DNA from: Acidimicrobiia bacterium
Lineage (GTDB): Bacteria; Actinomycetota; Acidimicrobiia; Spongiisociales; UBA11373
NCBI GenBank assembly: GCA_040882645.1
Contig: JBBEAX010000068.1
Coordinates: 3,230-67,229 of the forward strand
Length of the DNA stretch: 64,000 bases
Direction: 5' to 3'
Shown here in pieces: positions 8,118 to 20,184 of this stretch; the stretch's first letter is position 1, and every line of letters starts with the position of its first letter. The translations under genes were made by a program, and so were the position numbers. The notes beneath the pieces are model-generated. The model did no database searches. It was not told the origin of the DNA and saw only the letters and a program-made list of their open reading frames with translations.

Positions 8118-10155
8118 GCCCCGCTTCGCCATCCTCGCCTCGGGACGAGGATCAAACGCCGAGAGCCTGATGGACGCCTTTGCCGCCGATCTCTCCGATG
8201 CCGAGCTGGCCCTCGTCGTCAGCGACAACCCCGACGCCCCCGTGCTCGAACGCGCCGCCCGGCGGGGAGTGACCACAGTGGTGGTGGCCCCGTCCGCCAG
8301 GCGTGCGGAGCACGAGGCCCGCCTCCTCGAGGCCGTCGCAGGCGTCGACCACCTCCTGCTTGCCGGGTACATGCGCATCCTCTCCCCGTGGTTCCTCGAC
8401 CGGTTCCCGGGAACGATCCTCAACATTCACCCCTCGCTTCTCCCCGAATTCCCCGGGCTCGACGCGGTCACCCGACAGTGGGAAGCGGGGGTGACGACGG
8501 CGGGGGCAACGGTTCACATCGTCGACCGGGGGGTCGACACCGGGCCGGTGGTGCTCCAGGGATCGATCGAGGTGCGCGGGGATGAGGATGCCGACGGCCT
8601 CGCCCAGCGGATTCTCACCGAGGTCGAACATCGGATCTACCCCGAGGCCGTCCGAATGCTTCTCGACCGGCTGCAGCCCCGGGTCGCCCGGGCTCTGTTC
8701 AGCGTCTCCGACAAGGCCGGGATCGGCGACTTCGCCCGCCGGCTCACCAAGGCGGGCGTCTTTCTGATCGCCTCAGGGGGCACCGCCCGCGATCTCGAAG
8801 AGGCCGGGGTCGCCGTGCGCGCCGTCGAGGAGGTGACCGGGGCAGCAGAGGTGCTCGGCGGACGGGTGAAGACCCTTCATCCCGCCATCCACGCGGGCAT
8901 CCTCGCCGATCGTCGCATCCCTGATCATTTGGCCGAGATCGAGGAACGCGGCTACCAACCGATCGATCTGGTGGTCTGCAACCTCTATCCCTTCGAACAG
9001 ACCCTCGCCACCGGGGCGGACCGCGACACGATCATCGAGACGATCGATATCGGCGGCCCCACCCTGGTGCGCGCTGCCGCCAAGAACGCCGACGGCGGGG
9101 TCACGGTGGTGGTGGACCCGGCCGACTACGACGAGGTGGCAGAGGAGATCGACGCCCATGGGTCGGTTCCCCGGGCGCTTCGCCGTCGATTGGCAGCCAA
9201 GGCGTTCCGACTTATCGCCGACTACGACGCCGCCATCGCTGCCTGGGCTGCGGACCGGCCGCTTCGTTACGGGGAGAACCCCCACCAGGAGGCCCGCCTG
9301 GTGCCCGATGGCACCGGTCGGGGAGTCGCCGCCGGCAGGCTGCTCCACGGCAAGGATCTCTCGTACAACAACCTGCTCGACCTCGACGCCGCCTACCGGG
9401 CGGTCGCCGGCCCTGGCCCTTATCGATGCTCAGTGGTGAAACACTCCAATCCGTGCGGTCTCGCCGAGTCCGCGACCCAGGCCGACGCCTTCCGCCGGGC
9501 GTTGTCGGGTGATCCCGAGGCAGCATTCGGCGGGATCCTCGGCTTCAACCTCTCCCTCGACGAAGCAACGGCCCGGGAGATCATCGAGTCGGCATTGTTC
9601 GTCGAGTGCATCGCCGCGCCCGACTTCGACCCCGGAGCGCTCGACCTGCTCTCCACCCGCAAGAACCTGCGACTGCTGGCGGTGCCGCCCGGCGATCCGA
9701 ACCCGGCCCGGGTGGGTCATTCGATCGGGGGAGGAACGCTGATCCAGACGGCCGACCCGGGGCCTTCCCCCCGGGCGTCGTGGATCGTGCCGACACGGCG
9801 CCAACCGGACGACTGGGAGGAGGCAGAGTTCGCCCTCCGCGCCGCGGCCATCCTCAAGTCGAACGCGATAGCCGTCACCCGCGAGCGGACCCTGGTCGGC
9901 ACCGGAACCGGGCTCATGAGCCGGATCGATGCCTGCCGCCTCGCTCTTGAGAAGGCCGGCGACCGAGCCGTGGGGGGCGTGCTCGCCTCCGACGGCTTCT
10001 TCCCGTTCGACGACTGCGTCCGCCTCGCCGCCGCCGCCGGCGTCACCCTGATCGTCCAGCCGGGGGGATCTCGCCGCGATGAGGAAGTGGTCGCCGCATG
10101 CGACGAACTGGGCCTGGCAATGGTGTTCACCGGACGAAGGCATTTCAGGCATTGA
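8104..10155 (+). CDS. purNH: Fusion protein: GAR formyltransferase (PurN, aa ~1-190) + AICAR formyltransferase/IMP cyclohydrolase (PurH, aa ~195-683)
   Basis: The N-terminal part has FAILASGRGSN, ILNIHPSLLP and VDTGPVV (PurN catalytic motifs). It then runs without a stop into ALFSVSDKAGI.., KTLHP, CNLYPF, YGENPHQ and VKHSNPCG..GGSRRD (a complete PurH). Confidence 0.9.
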   Translation: MPPARPRFAILASGRGSNAESLMDAFAADLSDAELALVVSDNPDAPVLERAARRGVTTVVVAPSARRAEHEARLLEAVAGVDHLLLAGYMRILSPWFLDRFPGTILNIHPSLLPEFPGLDAVTRQWEAGVTTAGATVHIVDRGVDTGPVVLQGSIEVRGDEDADGLAQRILTEVEHRIYPEAVRMLLDRLQPRVARALFSVSDKAGIGDFARRLTKAGVFLIASGGTARDLEEAGVAVRAVEEVTGAAEVLGGRVKTLHPAIHAGILADRRIPDHLAEIEERGYQPIDLVVCNLYPFEQTLATGADRDTIIETIDIGGPTLVRAAAKNADGGVTVVVDPADYDEVAEEIDAHGSVPRALRRRLAAKAFRLIADYDAAIAAWAADRPLRYGENPHQEARLVPDGTGRGVAAGRLLHGKDLSYNNLLDLDAAYRAVAGPGPYRCSVVKHSNPCGLAESATQADAFRRALSGDPEAAFGGILGFNLSLDEATAREIIESALFVECIAAPDFDPGALDLLSTRKNLRLLAVPPGDPNPARVGHSIGGGTLIQTADPGPSPRASWIVPTRRQPDDWEEAEFALRAAAILKSNAIAVTRERTLVGTGTGLMSRIDACRLALEKAGDRAVGGVLASDGFFPFDDCVRLAAAAGVTLIVQPGGSRRDEEVVAACDELGLAMVFTGRRHFRH

Positions 10156-10160
10156 GCAGG

Positions 10161-10262
10161 CCCGCTACCCGCTACCCGCTGACAGTCGCTGCCTGCTGCC
10201 GTGCCCGTTCGCCGGAAGAGAGACCGCGCCGCTCGTGACCCTTCTTGCGGAGGGCGGAAGGC
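10161..10262. repeat. Intergenic repeat element, copy A (heptads GCTACCC x2-GCTGACAG core + GGCCTTCCGCC-type tail); inverted partner at 12030-12175
   Basis: Bases 10168-10208 are the exact reverse complement of 12112-12152 (41 nt). Flanking sequence remains about 80 percent similar for roughly 100 nt. Confidence 0.9.
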
Positions 10263-10263
10263 C

Positions 10264-11523
10264 ATGAGAATCCTCCTCGTTGGGTCCGGGGGGCGGGAGC
10301 ACGCCATGTCTCGGGCGCTGACGACCTCTCCGGGGGTCGAATTGCTGATCGCGCCGGGGAATCCGGGGACCGCCGCACTCGGATCCAACCGGTCCGTCGA
10401 CGCCGATGACATCCCCCGGCTGGTGGCGTTGGCGCGGGCGGAGTCGGTCGACCTCGTGGTCCCCGGGCCGGAGGGCCCGCTGGTTGCCGGTCTCAGCGAT
10501 GCCCTCGAGGCGGCCGGAATCCCCTGTGCGGGGCCGGGCCGTTCCGCCGCCCGGCTCGAGGGGTCGAAGGCCTTCACCCGGGCGCTGGCCGAGTCGGCCG
10601 GCGTGCCATCCCCGGCGCACCAGACGGTCTCCTCCGTCGGCGAGATCGACGCGGCACTCGCCCGGTTCGAGGTGCCACCGGTGGTCAAGGCCGACGGGCT
10701 CGCCGCCGGCAAGGGGGTGTTTCTCCCCGACACCATCGAGGAATGCCGGGCCACCGCCCGAGACCTTCTCGGTGGCCGCCTCGGCACCGCCGGCTCGACG
10801 ATCGTCCTCGAGGAGCGCCTCTCTGGCGTCGAGATTTCAGCCTTTCATGCCTGTCGAGGCACCGAGGCGATCGCGCTCCCCCACGCGAGGGACCACAAGC
10901 GGCTTCTCGATGGCGACCGGGGGCCCAACACGGGGGGCATGGGGGCGGTAAGCCCCAATCCGCACGCCGCCGGGTTCGATGCGACGGTGCTGAATGACTT
11001 CGTGCTGCCCAGCCTACGGCGGCTCTCCGACGACGGCACTCCGTTCAACGGCTTCCTGTTCAGCGGGCTGATCGTCACCGACGGCGGTCCCCGCCTGTTG
11101 GAGTTCAACGTCCGTCTCGGGGATCCCGAGGCGCAGGCGATCCTGCCCCACCTGCCCGATGGGGTGTTCTCCGAGATCTGTGCCTGGGTTGCAGGGCTCC
11201 GTGGCCGGCCACCGCGCTTCGAACCAGATCGGCGCGCCACGTGTGCTGTGGTCCTGGCGGCGGCCGGATACCCGGAGGCGCCGCGCCGGGGCGATCCGAT
11301 CACCATCGACCCTGGCATCGAGACGGCTGATCGGTGGCTGATCCACGCAGCCACCCGGATGGATGCCGGGACCCTGGTGACCGATGGAGGCCGGGTTGGC
11401 GCCGTGGTCGGCCGGGGTGACACCGCCGCCGCCGCCCGGGCCGTGGCGTACGAAGGCGTGACCCGCGTACAGTGGGAGGGGATGGTCCATCGCCGCGACA
11501 TAGGAGCCGCCGCCGATGGCTGA
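10264..11523 (+). CDS. purD: Phosphoribosylamine-glycine ligase
   Basis: MRILLVGSGGREHAM.. starts at ATG 10264. It has an ATP-grasp body. The ORF-track start at 10201 lies inside the repeat element. Confidence 0.95.
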   Translation: MRILLVGSGGREHAMSRALTTSPGVELLIAPGNPGTAALGSNRSVDADDIPRLVALARAESVDLVVPGPEGPLVAGLSDALEAAGIPCAGPGRSAARLEGSKAFTRALAESAGVPSPAHQTVSSVGEIDAALARFEVPPVVKADGLAAGKGVFLPDTIEECRATARDLLGGRLGTAGSTIVLEERLSGVEISAFHACRGTEAIALPHARDHKRLLDGDRGPNTGGMGAVSPNPHAAGFDATVLNDFVLPSLRRLSDDGTPFNGFLFSGLIVTDGGPRLLEFNVRLGDPEAQAILPHLPDGVFSEICAWVAGLRGRPPRFEPDRRATCAVVLAAAGYPEAPRRGDPITIDPGIETADRWLIHAATRMDAGTLVTDGGRVGAVVGRGDTAAAARAVAYEGVTRVQWEGMVHRRDIGAAADG

Positions 11524-12010
11524 CGCCGTCCTGGTTGCCGTCATCGTGGGTTCGGCGTCGGATGGCGATCAGATCGCCGGGTGCCGCGAAGCCCTCGGAC
11601 GGCTCGGCATCGGCCACGAGGCCCGGGTCATTTCCGCCCACCGCACCCCAACCGACCTGGTCGAGTATCTCGGCGGCCTCGAGGAACGGGGCATCGAGAT
11701 CGTCATCGCCGGCGCGGGGATGGCGGCCCATCTCGCCGGGGTCGCCGCCGCCCATACCACTTTGCCGGTACTCGGGGTACCGCTCGCCTCTGGCGCACTC
11801 CAGGGCATCGACGCCCTGTTGTCGACCGTGCAGATGCCGCCCGGTGTCCCGGTCGCCACCCTCGGCATCGGCTCAGCGGGAGGCAAGAACGCCGCCTACC
11901 TGGCGGCGCGCATCCTCGCCCTCAGCCACCCCGATGTGAAGGCAAGGCTGGAGAAGGTGATGGCGGAAGATCGGGAGAAGGTGCGCGGGGCCACGCTTCC
12001 GGACGCGTAG
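11516..12010 (+). CDS. purE: N5-CAIR mutase / AIR carboxylase catalytic subunit PurE
   Basis: VAVIVGSASD.., SAHRTP and AGMAAHLAG motifs. No purK is adjacent. Confidence 0.95.
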   Translation: MADAVLVAVIVGSASDGDQIAGCREALGRLGIGHEARVISAHRTPTDLVEYLGGLEERGIEIVIAGAGMAAHLAGVAAAHTTLPVLGVPLASGALQGIDALLSTVQMPPGVPVATLGIGSAGGKNAAYLAARILALSHPDVKARLEKVMAEDREKVRGATLPDA

Positions 12011-12029
12011 GCCGAGTTCCGTTTCAGCC

Positions 12030-12175
12030 GGCCTTCCGCCGTCCGCCTTCAGCAAGAAGGCCTCCCGCCTTCCGCAAGATCACGAGCGGCGCGCTCCCCT
12101 CTTCCGGGTCGACGGGCACGGCAGCAGGCAGCGACTGTCAGCGGGTAGCGGGCAGCGATTGCGTAGCGGGTAGCG
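12030..12175. repeat. Intergenic repeat element, copy B (inverted relative to 10161-10262, with an internal duplication of the GGCCTYCCGCC..GCAAGA part)
   Basis: See copy A. Bases 12112-12152 are the reverse complement of 10168-10208. GGGTAGC-type heptads lie at 12143-12175. Confidence 0.9.
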
Positions 12176-12182
12176 TCCACTC

Positions 12183-12533
12183 ATGCTCAGGGTGGGTTCG
12201 ATCGTGATTCGGGTCGAGGACCTGGAACGGCAGAAGGCGTTCTGGAGTGCGGCGCTGGACTACGTCCCGCGCGAAGGCGACGACGAGACCTTCGTTCTGT
12301 TGCGCCCCCGCGGCGGCGTGGGACCCAATGTGTCGCTCGATGCCGTGCCGGCACCCGTCCAGCTCCCGCCCCGAATCCACCTCGACCTCTATGCAGAGGA
12401 CCGGGCAGCCGAGGTCGGTCGGCTGATCGCCCTGGGGGCCACCGAGATCCCCTGGGACAAGCGCCCCGCCGACGCCGACTACATCATCCTCGCCGACCCC
12501 GAAGGCAATCGGTTCTGTGTGATTGGGCCCTAG
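12183..12533 (+). CDS. VOC/glyoxalase-family small protein
   Basis: A 116-aa product, MLRVGSIVIRVEDLERQKAFW...HLDLY..DPEGNRFCV, which fits the glyoxalase/bleomycin-resistance fold pattern. Confidence 0.7.
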   Translation: MLRVGSIVIRVEDLERQKAFWSAALDYVPREGDDETFVLLRPRGGVGPNVSLDAVPAPVQLPPRIHLDLYAEDRAAEVGRLIALGATEIPWDKRPADADYIILADPEGNRFCVIGP

Positions 12534-12543
12534 GGGGCCGATT

Positions 12544-12720
12544 GGCCTCGCTTTGCTCGGCTGCAATTCGCAATTCGCAATACGCAATTCGCAATTCGCA
12601 ATACGACCGAGGACTCAAATCAGCGAGGCACCTCAGACGGGTCTCGACTCTTGCAGCCGAGCGAAGCGAGGCGCTCTGTCGAATTGCGAATCGCGAATTG
12701 CGGGGCCGAGCGAAGCGAGG
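12544..12720. repeat. Composite heptad-array element between convergent genes
   Basis: CCTCGCTTTGCTCGG lies at 12546-12560. (GCAATTC GCAATTC GCAATAC)x2 lies at 12563-12604. After a spacer comes GCCGAGCGAAGCGAGG at 12656-12671, then CTGTC + GAATTGC GAATCGC GAATTGC at 12676-12701, then GCCGAGCGAAGCGAGG at 12705-12720. The left and right halves are imperfect inverted repeats. Confidence 0.9.
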
Positions 12721-12723
12721 TCC

Positions 12724-15928
<3,205 letters not shown>

Positions 15929-15945
<17 letters not shown>

Positions 15946-17098
15946 GGCCCACCCCCATCAGTTCCATGAAGCGGTCGAACAGACCGCGCGCATCGTGTGG
16001 CCCCGGTGCCGCCTCGGGGTGATACTGGACCGAGAAGGCGGGAAGTTCACGGCACCGGAATCCCTCCAGAGTCCCATCGTTGAGGTTCTGGTGGGTGGCG
16101 ACCACCTCACCGAAGCGGCTCGTCACCGAGCCGGGGAGGCGATCGGGACCGGGGAGGCCATCCGATGGTCGCGGAGGAGACTTGCTGGAAAGCGACCACA
16201 GGTCGACGGCAAAGCCGTGGTTCTGCGAGGTGATCTCGATGCCACCGTCGACCAGGCGCCGCACCGGGTGGTTCGCCCCATGATGGCCGAACGGCAACTT
16301 GTAAGTCGAAGCCCCGAGGGCGAGCCCCATGATCTGGTGCCCGAGGCAGATCCCGAACATCGGCACCTTGCCCATCAGAGCCGCGACCGTGGCGATCGGC
16401 CCCACGAGCGGCTCCGGATCGCCAGGCCCGTTGGACAGGAAGACGCCATCGGGCCCGATGGCCATGATGTCCTCTGGTGTCGTTCCCGCCGGTACCACAT
16501 GGACGCCGCACCCTCGCAGTGCCAACTGGTCGACGATGGCCCGCTTGATGCCGAAGTCGAATGCGGCCACGGTCGCCCGCCGCTCACCCACCGGGGGGAC
16601 GAAGTAAGCCTTGCTGGTCGTGACCGCGGAGACGAGGTCGCGGCCCGCCATGTCGGGCGATGACCGAGCGAGCTCTCTCAACTCTGCGGCGTCGACGTCG
16701 GAGCCCATCGCCGCCGGCATCGCCCCTCGCTCGCGGACGTGACGGGTCAACCTCCGTGTGTCGATCTCGGCGAGCGCGACCACCCCGGCGTCCGTGAGGT
16801 ACTCATCCAATCGCCCCGTGGCGCGGGGACCGCTGGCGATACGTGACATCGAGCGCACCACGAGACCGGCGCAGTGCAGCCCGCGTCCCTGGTCGTCGGC
16901 GGGGGTCACCCCGTAGTTGCCGATGTGAGGCGCGGTCATGACGACGATCTGCCCGGTGTAGGAAGGGTCGGTCACCACCTCCTGGTACCCGGCCATGGCG
17001 GTGTTGAACACCGCCTCACCGACGGTCACCCCCTCGGCGCCGACCGCCATCCCCCGAAATTCCGCGCCGTCGGCGGTGACGAGCAGGGCGCGCCTCAT
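15929..17098 (-). CDS. carA: Carbamoyl-phosphate synthase small (glutaminase) subunit
   Basis: Carries GICLGHQ and the HGANHPV triad region. It overlaps the carB start by 17 nt. Confidence 0.95.
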
Positions 17099-17235
17099 CG
17101 CTCGCCGTCCTCGGATTGGGAAAAGGCCCGGACGGCCGCTCCGGCGAGCGGCTCGTTACCATCGATGTGGATGGCGCCGCCGATCGGTCACTCCCCCGTC
17201 GTAGTGGCCTCTACCCGGAGGGCACGGTAGCAAGG

Positions 17236-17263
17236 AAGCGATAGGCGAAGGGCGAAAGGCGAA
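17236..17263. repeat. Short heptad array (RGGCGAA x3-4) in the carA/sthA divergent intergenic region
   Basis: The sequence GAAGCGAT AGGCGAA GGGCGAA AGGCGAA has a 7-nt period. Confidence 0.6.
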
Positions 17264-17308
17264 ACCCCGTAATGCCCGTCGCTGCCCTCGGCGGATACCC
17301 TGGGGCGG

Positions 17309-18706
17309 GTGATGGAGAGATACGACCTAGTCGTCATTGGATCGGGCCCGGCCGGCGAGAAGGCCGCGGCCCAAGCGGCCTACTTCGGGAAATCGGTGGC
17401 CCTGGTGGAGCGCGCCGCGCGCCTCGGCGGGGCTCCCGTGAACAGCGGCGGCATTCCCGCCAAGACCCTGCGTGAGACCGCCCTCTACCTGACCGGCCAC
17501 ACCCGCCGCCACTTGTACGGCGTCGGCATGGAGTTGAGCAGCGACATCATGCTCGACCGGCTTCGCAAGCGTTCGGCCGAGGAGTCGGAACGCGCCGGCG
17601 AGACGGTGCGCGCCAACCTGGAACGCCACGGGGTGGTGGTGGTACACGGAGCCGGGCGCCTTGGCCCCGAACACACCGTGGCGGTCACACTGGCCGACGG
17701 TGGCGAAATGGCTCTGCAGGGCGAGGTGATCCTGATCGCCACGGGATCACATCCGTTCCGCCCGCCGAATATCCCGTTCGACGACCCCGACGTGGAGGAC
17801 TCAGACTCGATCCTCGCTCTCGACCGGATCCCCGACAAAATGGTGGTCATCGGAGGCGGACCGGTGGGATGCGAGTATGCGTCGATCTTCGGTGCGCTGG
17901 GGGTCGAGGTCACCCTCGTCGACATGGCCGAGCGGCTCATGCCCTTCCTCGACATCGACGCGTCAGAGCAGCTCGCCATCTGCTTGAAGGATCTCGGTAT
18001 CGAGGTGCTGGTCGGGTCGCCGCCCGCCACCGTCGACCGCGTCGAAGGCAAGCTCACCGTCACCATCGGTGACAGGGTGATGACGCCCGGCAAGGTGTTG
18101 TTCGTCGCTGGACGCAAGGGCAACACCGACGGTCTGGGACTCGAAGACGCCGGCGTGGACCTCGACGACCGCGGCCGGATCGTGGTCAATGCCGAGTACG
18201 AGACGACGGCTCCGGGGATCTACGCAGCCGGCGACGTGATCGGCCCCCCGGCGCTCGCCTCCGTCTCGGCCGAGCAGGGCCGGGTGGCAGCCTGTCACGC
18301 GTTCGACATTCCGTTCAAGGAGGGGGTGGACGAGTTGGCCCCCTCCGGGATCTACTCGATCCCCGAAGTGGGGGTAGTGGGGATGACTTCAGAACAGGCA
18401 GCAGCCGCCGGAATCGATTTCGAGATCGGCCGCTACGACTTCGCCGAGAACCCGCGAAGCCGGATCGCCGGCACCACCTACGGGATGATCAAGCTGGTGT
18501 TCCGCCGCGACGACCGCCGGCTCCTCGGCGTCCACATCGTCGGTGAGGAGGCCGCCGAGCTGGTGCACATCGGGCAAGCGGTGATCCACGCCGGGCAGAC
18601 GATCGACCAATTCATCGACTCGACCTTCAACATCCCCACCCGGAGCGAGGCCTACAAGTACGCCGCCTACGACGGTCTGCAACGGCTCGCGGAGCGGGGC
18701 GCTTGA
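17309..18706 (+). CDS. sthA: Soluble pyridine nucleotide transhydrogenase-like flavoprotein
   Basis: Has the FAD-binding DLVVIGSGPAGE motif and GG..VN.G.IP.KTLRE.ALYLTG, as in actinobacterial SthA. It lacks the CxxxxC redox disulfide of Lpd. Length is 465 aa. Confidence 0.8.
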   Translation: MMERYDLVVIGSGPAGEKAAAQAAYFGKSVALVERAARLGGAPVNSGGIPAKTLRETALYLTGHTRRHLYGVGMELSSDIMLDRLRKRSAEESERAGETVRANLERHGVVVVHGAGRLGPEHTVAVTLADGGEMALQGEVILIATGSHPFRPPNIPFDDPDVEDSDSILALDRIPDKMVVIGGGPVGCEYASIFGALGVEVTLVDMAERLMPFLDIDASEQLAICLKDLGIEVLVGSPPATVDRVEGKLTVTIGDRVMTPGKVLFVAGRKGNTDGLGLEDAGVDLDDRGRIVVNAEYETTAPGIYAAGDVIGPPALASVSAEQGRVAACHAFDIPFKEGVDELAPSGIYSIPEVGVVGMTSEQAAAAGIDFEIGRYDFAENPRSRIAGTTYGMIKLVFRRDDRRLLGVHIVGEEAAELVHIGQAVIHAGQTIDQFIDSTFNIPTRSEAYKYAAYDGLQRLAERGA

Positions 18707-18733
18707 GTCGTCCTGGTGGTCGCCTCGGCCGGT

Positions 18734-19381
18734 TCAGTGCGAGGACGGGCCTGCGTGGTCGAAAACGGCCGTGAACGAGATCGGCTCGCCTCCGCGAATG
18801 TCGGCGATATCGGTGCAGATGACATGGCCGGTGAAGACCTGCCAGTAGATGAAGAACCCCGAACCCGACTTCTCTGGATCGTATCCCGAGGTGGCCAGTT
18901 CGAGCGTGCAGTCGCCGGGACGGGCACTGAACGAGCGCCCATCGACCGACACGGCGACGGTGATCGCCTCCGTCCTCGGCATTCCGGCCGCGACCTGATC
19001 CGCAACGAGTGCGAGCGTGACCCCCCTCGCGCTGTACCTCGCATCAAGGTCGACAGGCATGTTCGGGCCGTAGTCGGGGCCTTCGGAGCCCAACGACTCG
19101 AAGGCCAACGGAACATCGGCGACATCGAGGACGAAGCGTCCCTCTACAGAGCCGGAGATCTCGATGATGGCTGCCGGCACGGCGACGAAATCCAGCTCTG
19201 CGCTGAGTCCGGCCAGGAGCCCGGGTTCGGAACCGAAATCGGCCACAACCGCCTCGAGCCGTGGCCCGAACGTCGGGACCAGAGCCCGCCCGGTCGTGTA
19301 CCCCACCGCGAACACCAGCCCGAAGGTGGCCGCAGCGGCGAGGAGGTCCCTGCCCGCCCGGTTACGCCATGTCGCCGCCAT
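18734..19381 (-). CDS. Membrane-anchored protein of unknown function, paralog 1 of 3
   Basis: A 215-aa product with an Arg-rich N-terminus and one TM helix (FGLVFAVGYTTGRALVP). It shares motifs with 19507-20184 and 20184-20852: SG.V.GR, PR.E...V, G.C.LEL, F.G...C and S...VF. Confidence 0.75.
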   Translation of the reverse strand: MAATWRNRAGRDLLAAAATFGLVFAVGYTTGRALVPTFGPRLEAVVADFGSEPGLLAGLSAELDFVAVPAAIIEISGSVEGRFVLDVADVPLAFESLGSEGPDYGPNMPVDLDARYSARGVTLALVADQVAAGMPRTEAITVAVSVDGRSFSARPGDCTLELATSGYDPEKSGSGFFIYWQVFTGHVICTDIADIRGGEPISFTAVFDHAGPSSH

Positions 19382-19384
19382 CGG

Positions 19385-19507
19385 TCAGTCCTCCACCTCG
19401 AGCTTGAACACCGCCACCAGGCCTGCAATGAACGCCACACTGAACACCAGGGAGAACCCGATGAGGGCAACGAGGAGGTCCGTTGCGACCACGCCGCGCC
19501 GAGCCAT
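19385..19507 (-). CDS. 40-aa micro-ORF encoding a single TM helix (MARRGVVATDLLVALIGFSLVFSVAFIAGLVAVFKLEVED)
   Basis: It is below the ORF-track length cutoff. Its ATG (19505-19507) overlaps the upstream stop by 1 nt, and its stop lies 3 nt before the next ATG. Codons are GC3-rich. It resembles the TM anchor of the flanking paralogs. Confidence 0.5.
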   Translation of the reverse strand: MARRGVVATDLLVALIGFSLVFSVAFIAGLVAVFKLEVED

Positions 19508-20184
19508 CAGTGTTCCACCGTGTAGTCGAAAACCGCCACGAAGGACACCAGCGATCCGCTGCGTAGCTCGGCCACCTCACCGCACGCCAGGTGCCCCGCG
19601 AAGTGTGGCGTGAGCAACTCACCCCACGGCCTGGAGACGACCTTGTACCCGGAATCGATGAGCTCTAGCGTGCACGCCCCCCGGGCGGCATTGAACGTCT
19701 GCCCGCCCGACGTGAGCACCACCGTCATCCCCTCGCTGCGCGGCTCGTCGACCGGCATCTGATCGGCGATCAGGGTGAGCACCGCCCCCGAGCCACTGAA
19801 GCGAACATTGACGTCGATTGGAACGACACTCCCTTCCTCGAAATCGTCCCGCAAGAAGAAGCCACCTTGAGTCTCGCCATGATCGAGCAGAACACGCCCG
19901 TCGACGGCTCCGCTCGCCTGGAGCAGCGCCACCGGCCGTTCGAACGGGGCGAGGTCGGCCCGCATCGCCACGACCGACACCTCGCCGGCTCCACCCTCAC
20001 CGGCGCTGGGCAGTTCGATCTCACCGAGGGCTGACCGGAACACGGGCATCGCCACCCGGCCGGCGACGTACCCCACAGCGAACACGACGAGAAACGCCAC
20101 GATTGCGGCCGACACATCGCGGCCGAGGCGGCGACCCGCCCCGATGTCCTGCCCCACTCTCCCGATCCCGCCCTCCATGCCCAT
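19507..20184 (-). CDS. Membrane-anchored protein of unknown function, paralog 2 of 3
   Basis: I chose the start MGMEGG.. (ATG 20182-20184), which overlaps the stop of paralog 3 by 1 nt. It has the TM helix AAIVAFLVVFAVGYVAGRV and the same C-terminal motifs (ACTLELIDSGY, FAGHLACGE, SFVAVFDY). Confidence 0.75.
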   Translation of the reverse strand: MGMEGGIGRVGQDIGAGRRLGRDVSAAIVAFLVVFAVGYVAGRVAMPVFRSALGEIELPSAGEGGAGEVSVVAMRADLAPFERPVALLQASGAVDGRVLLDHGETQGGFFLRDDFEEGSVVPIDVNVRFSGSGAVLTLIADQMPVDEPRSEGMTVVLTSGGQTFNAARGACTLELIDSGYKVVSRPWGELLTPHFAGHLACGEVAELRSGSLVSFVAVFDYTVEH

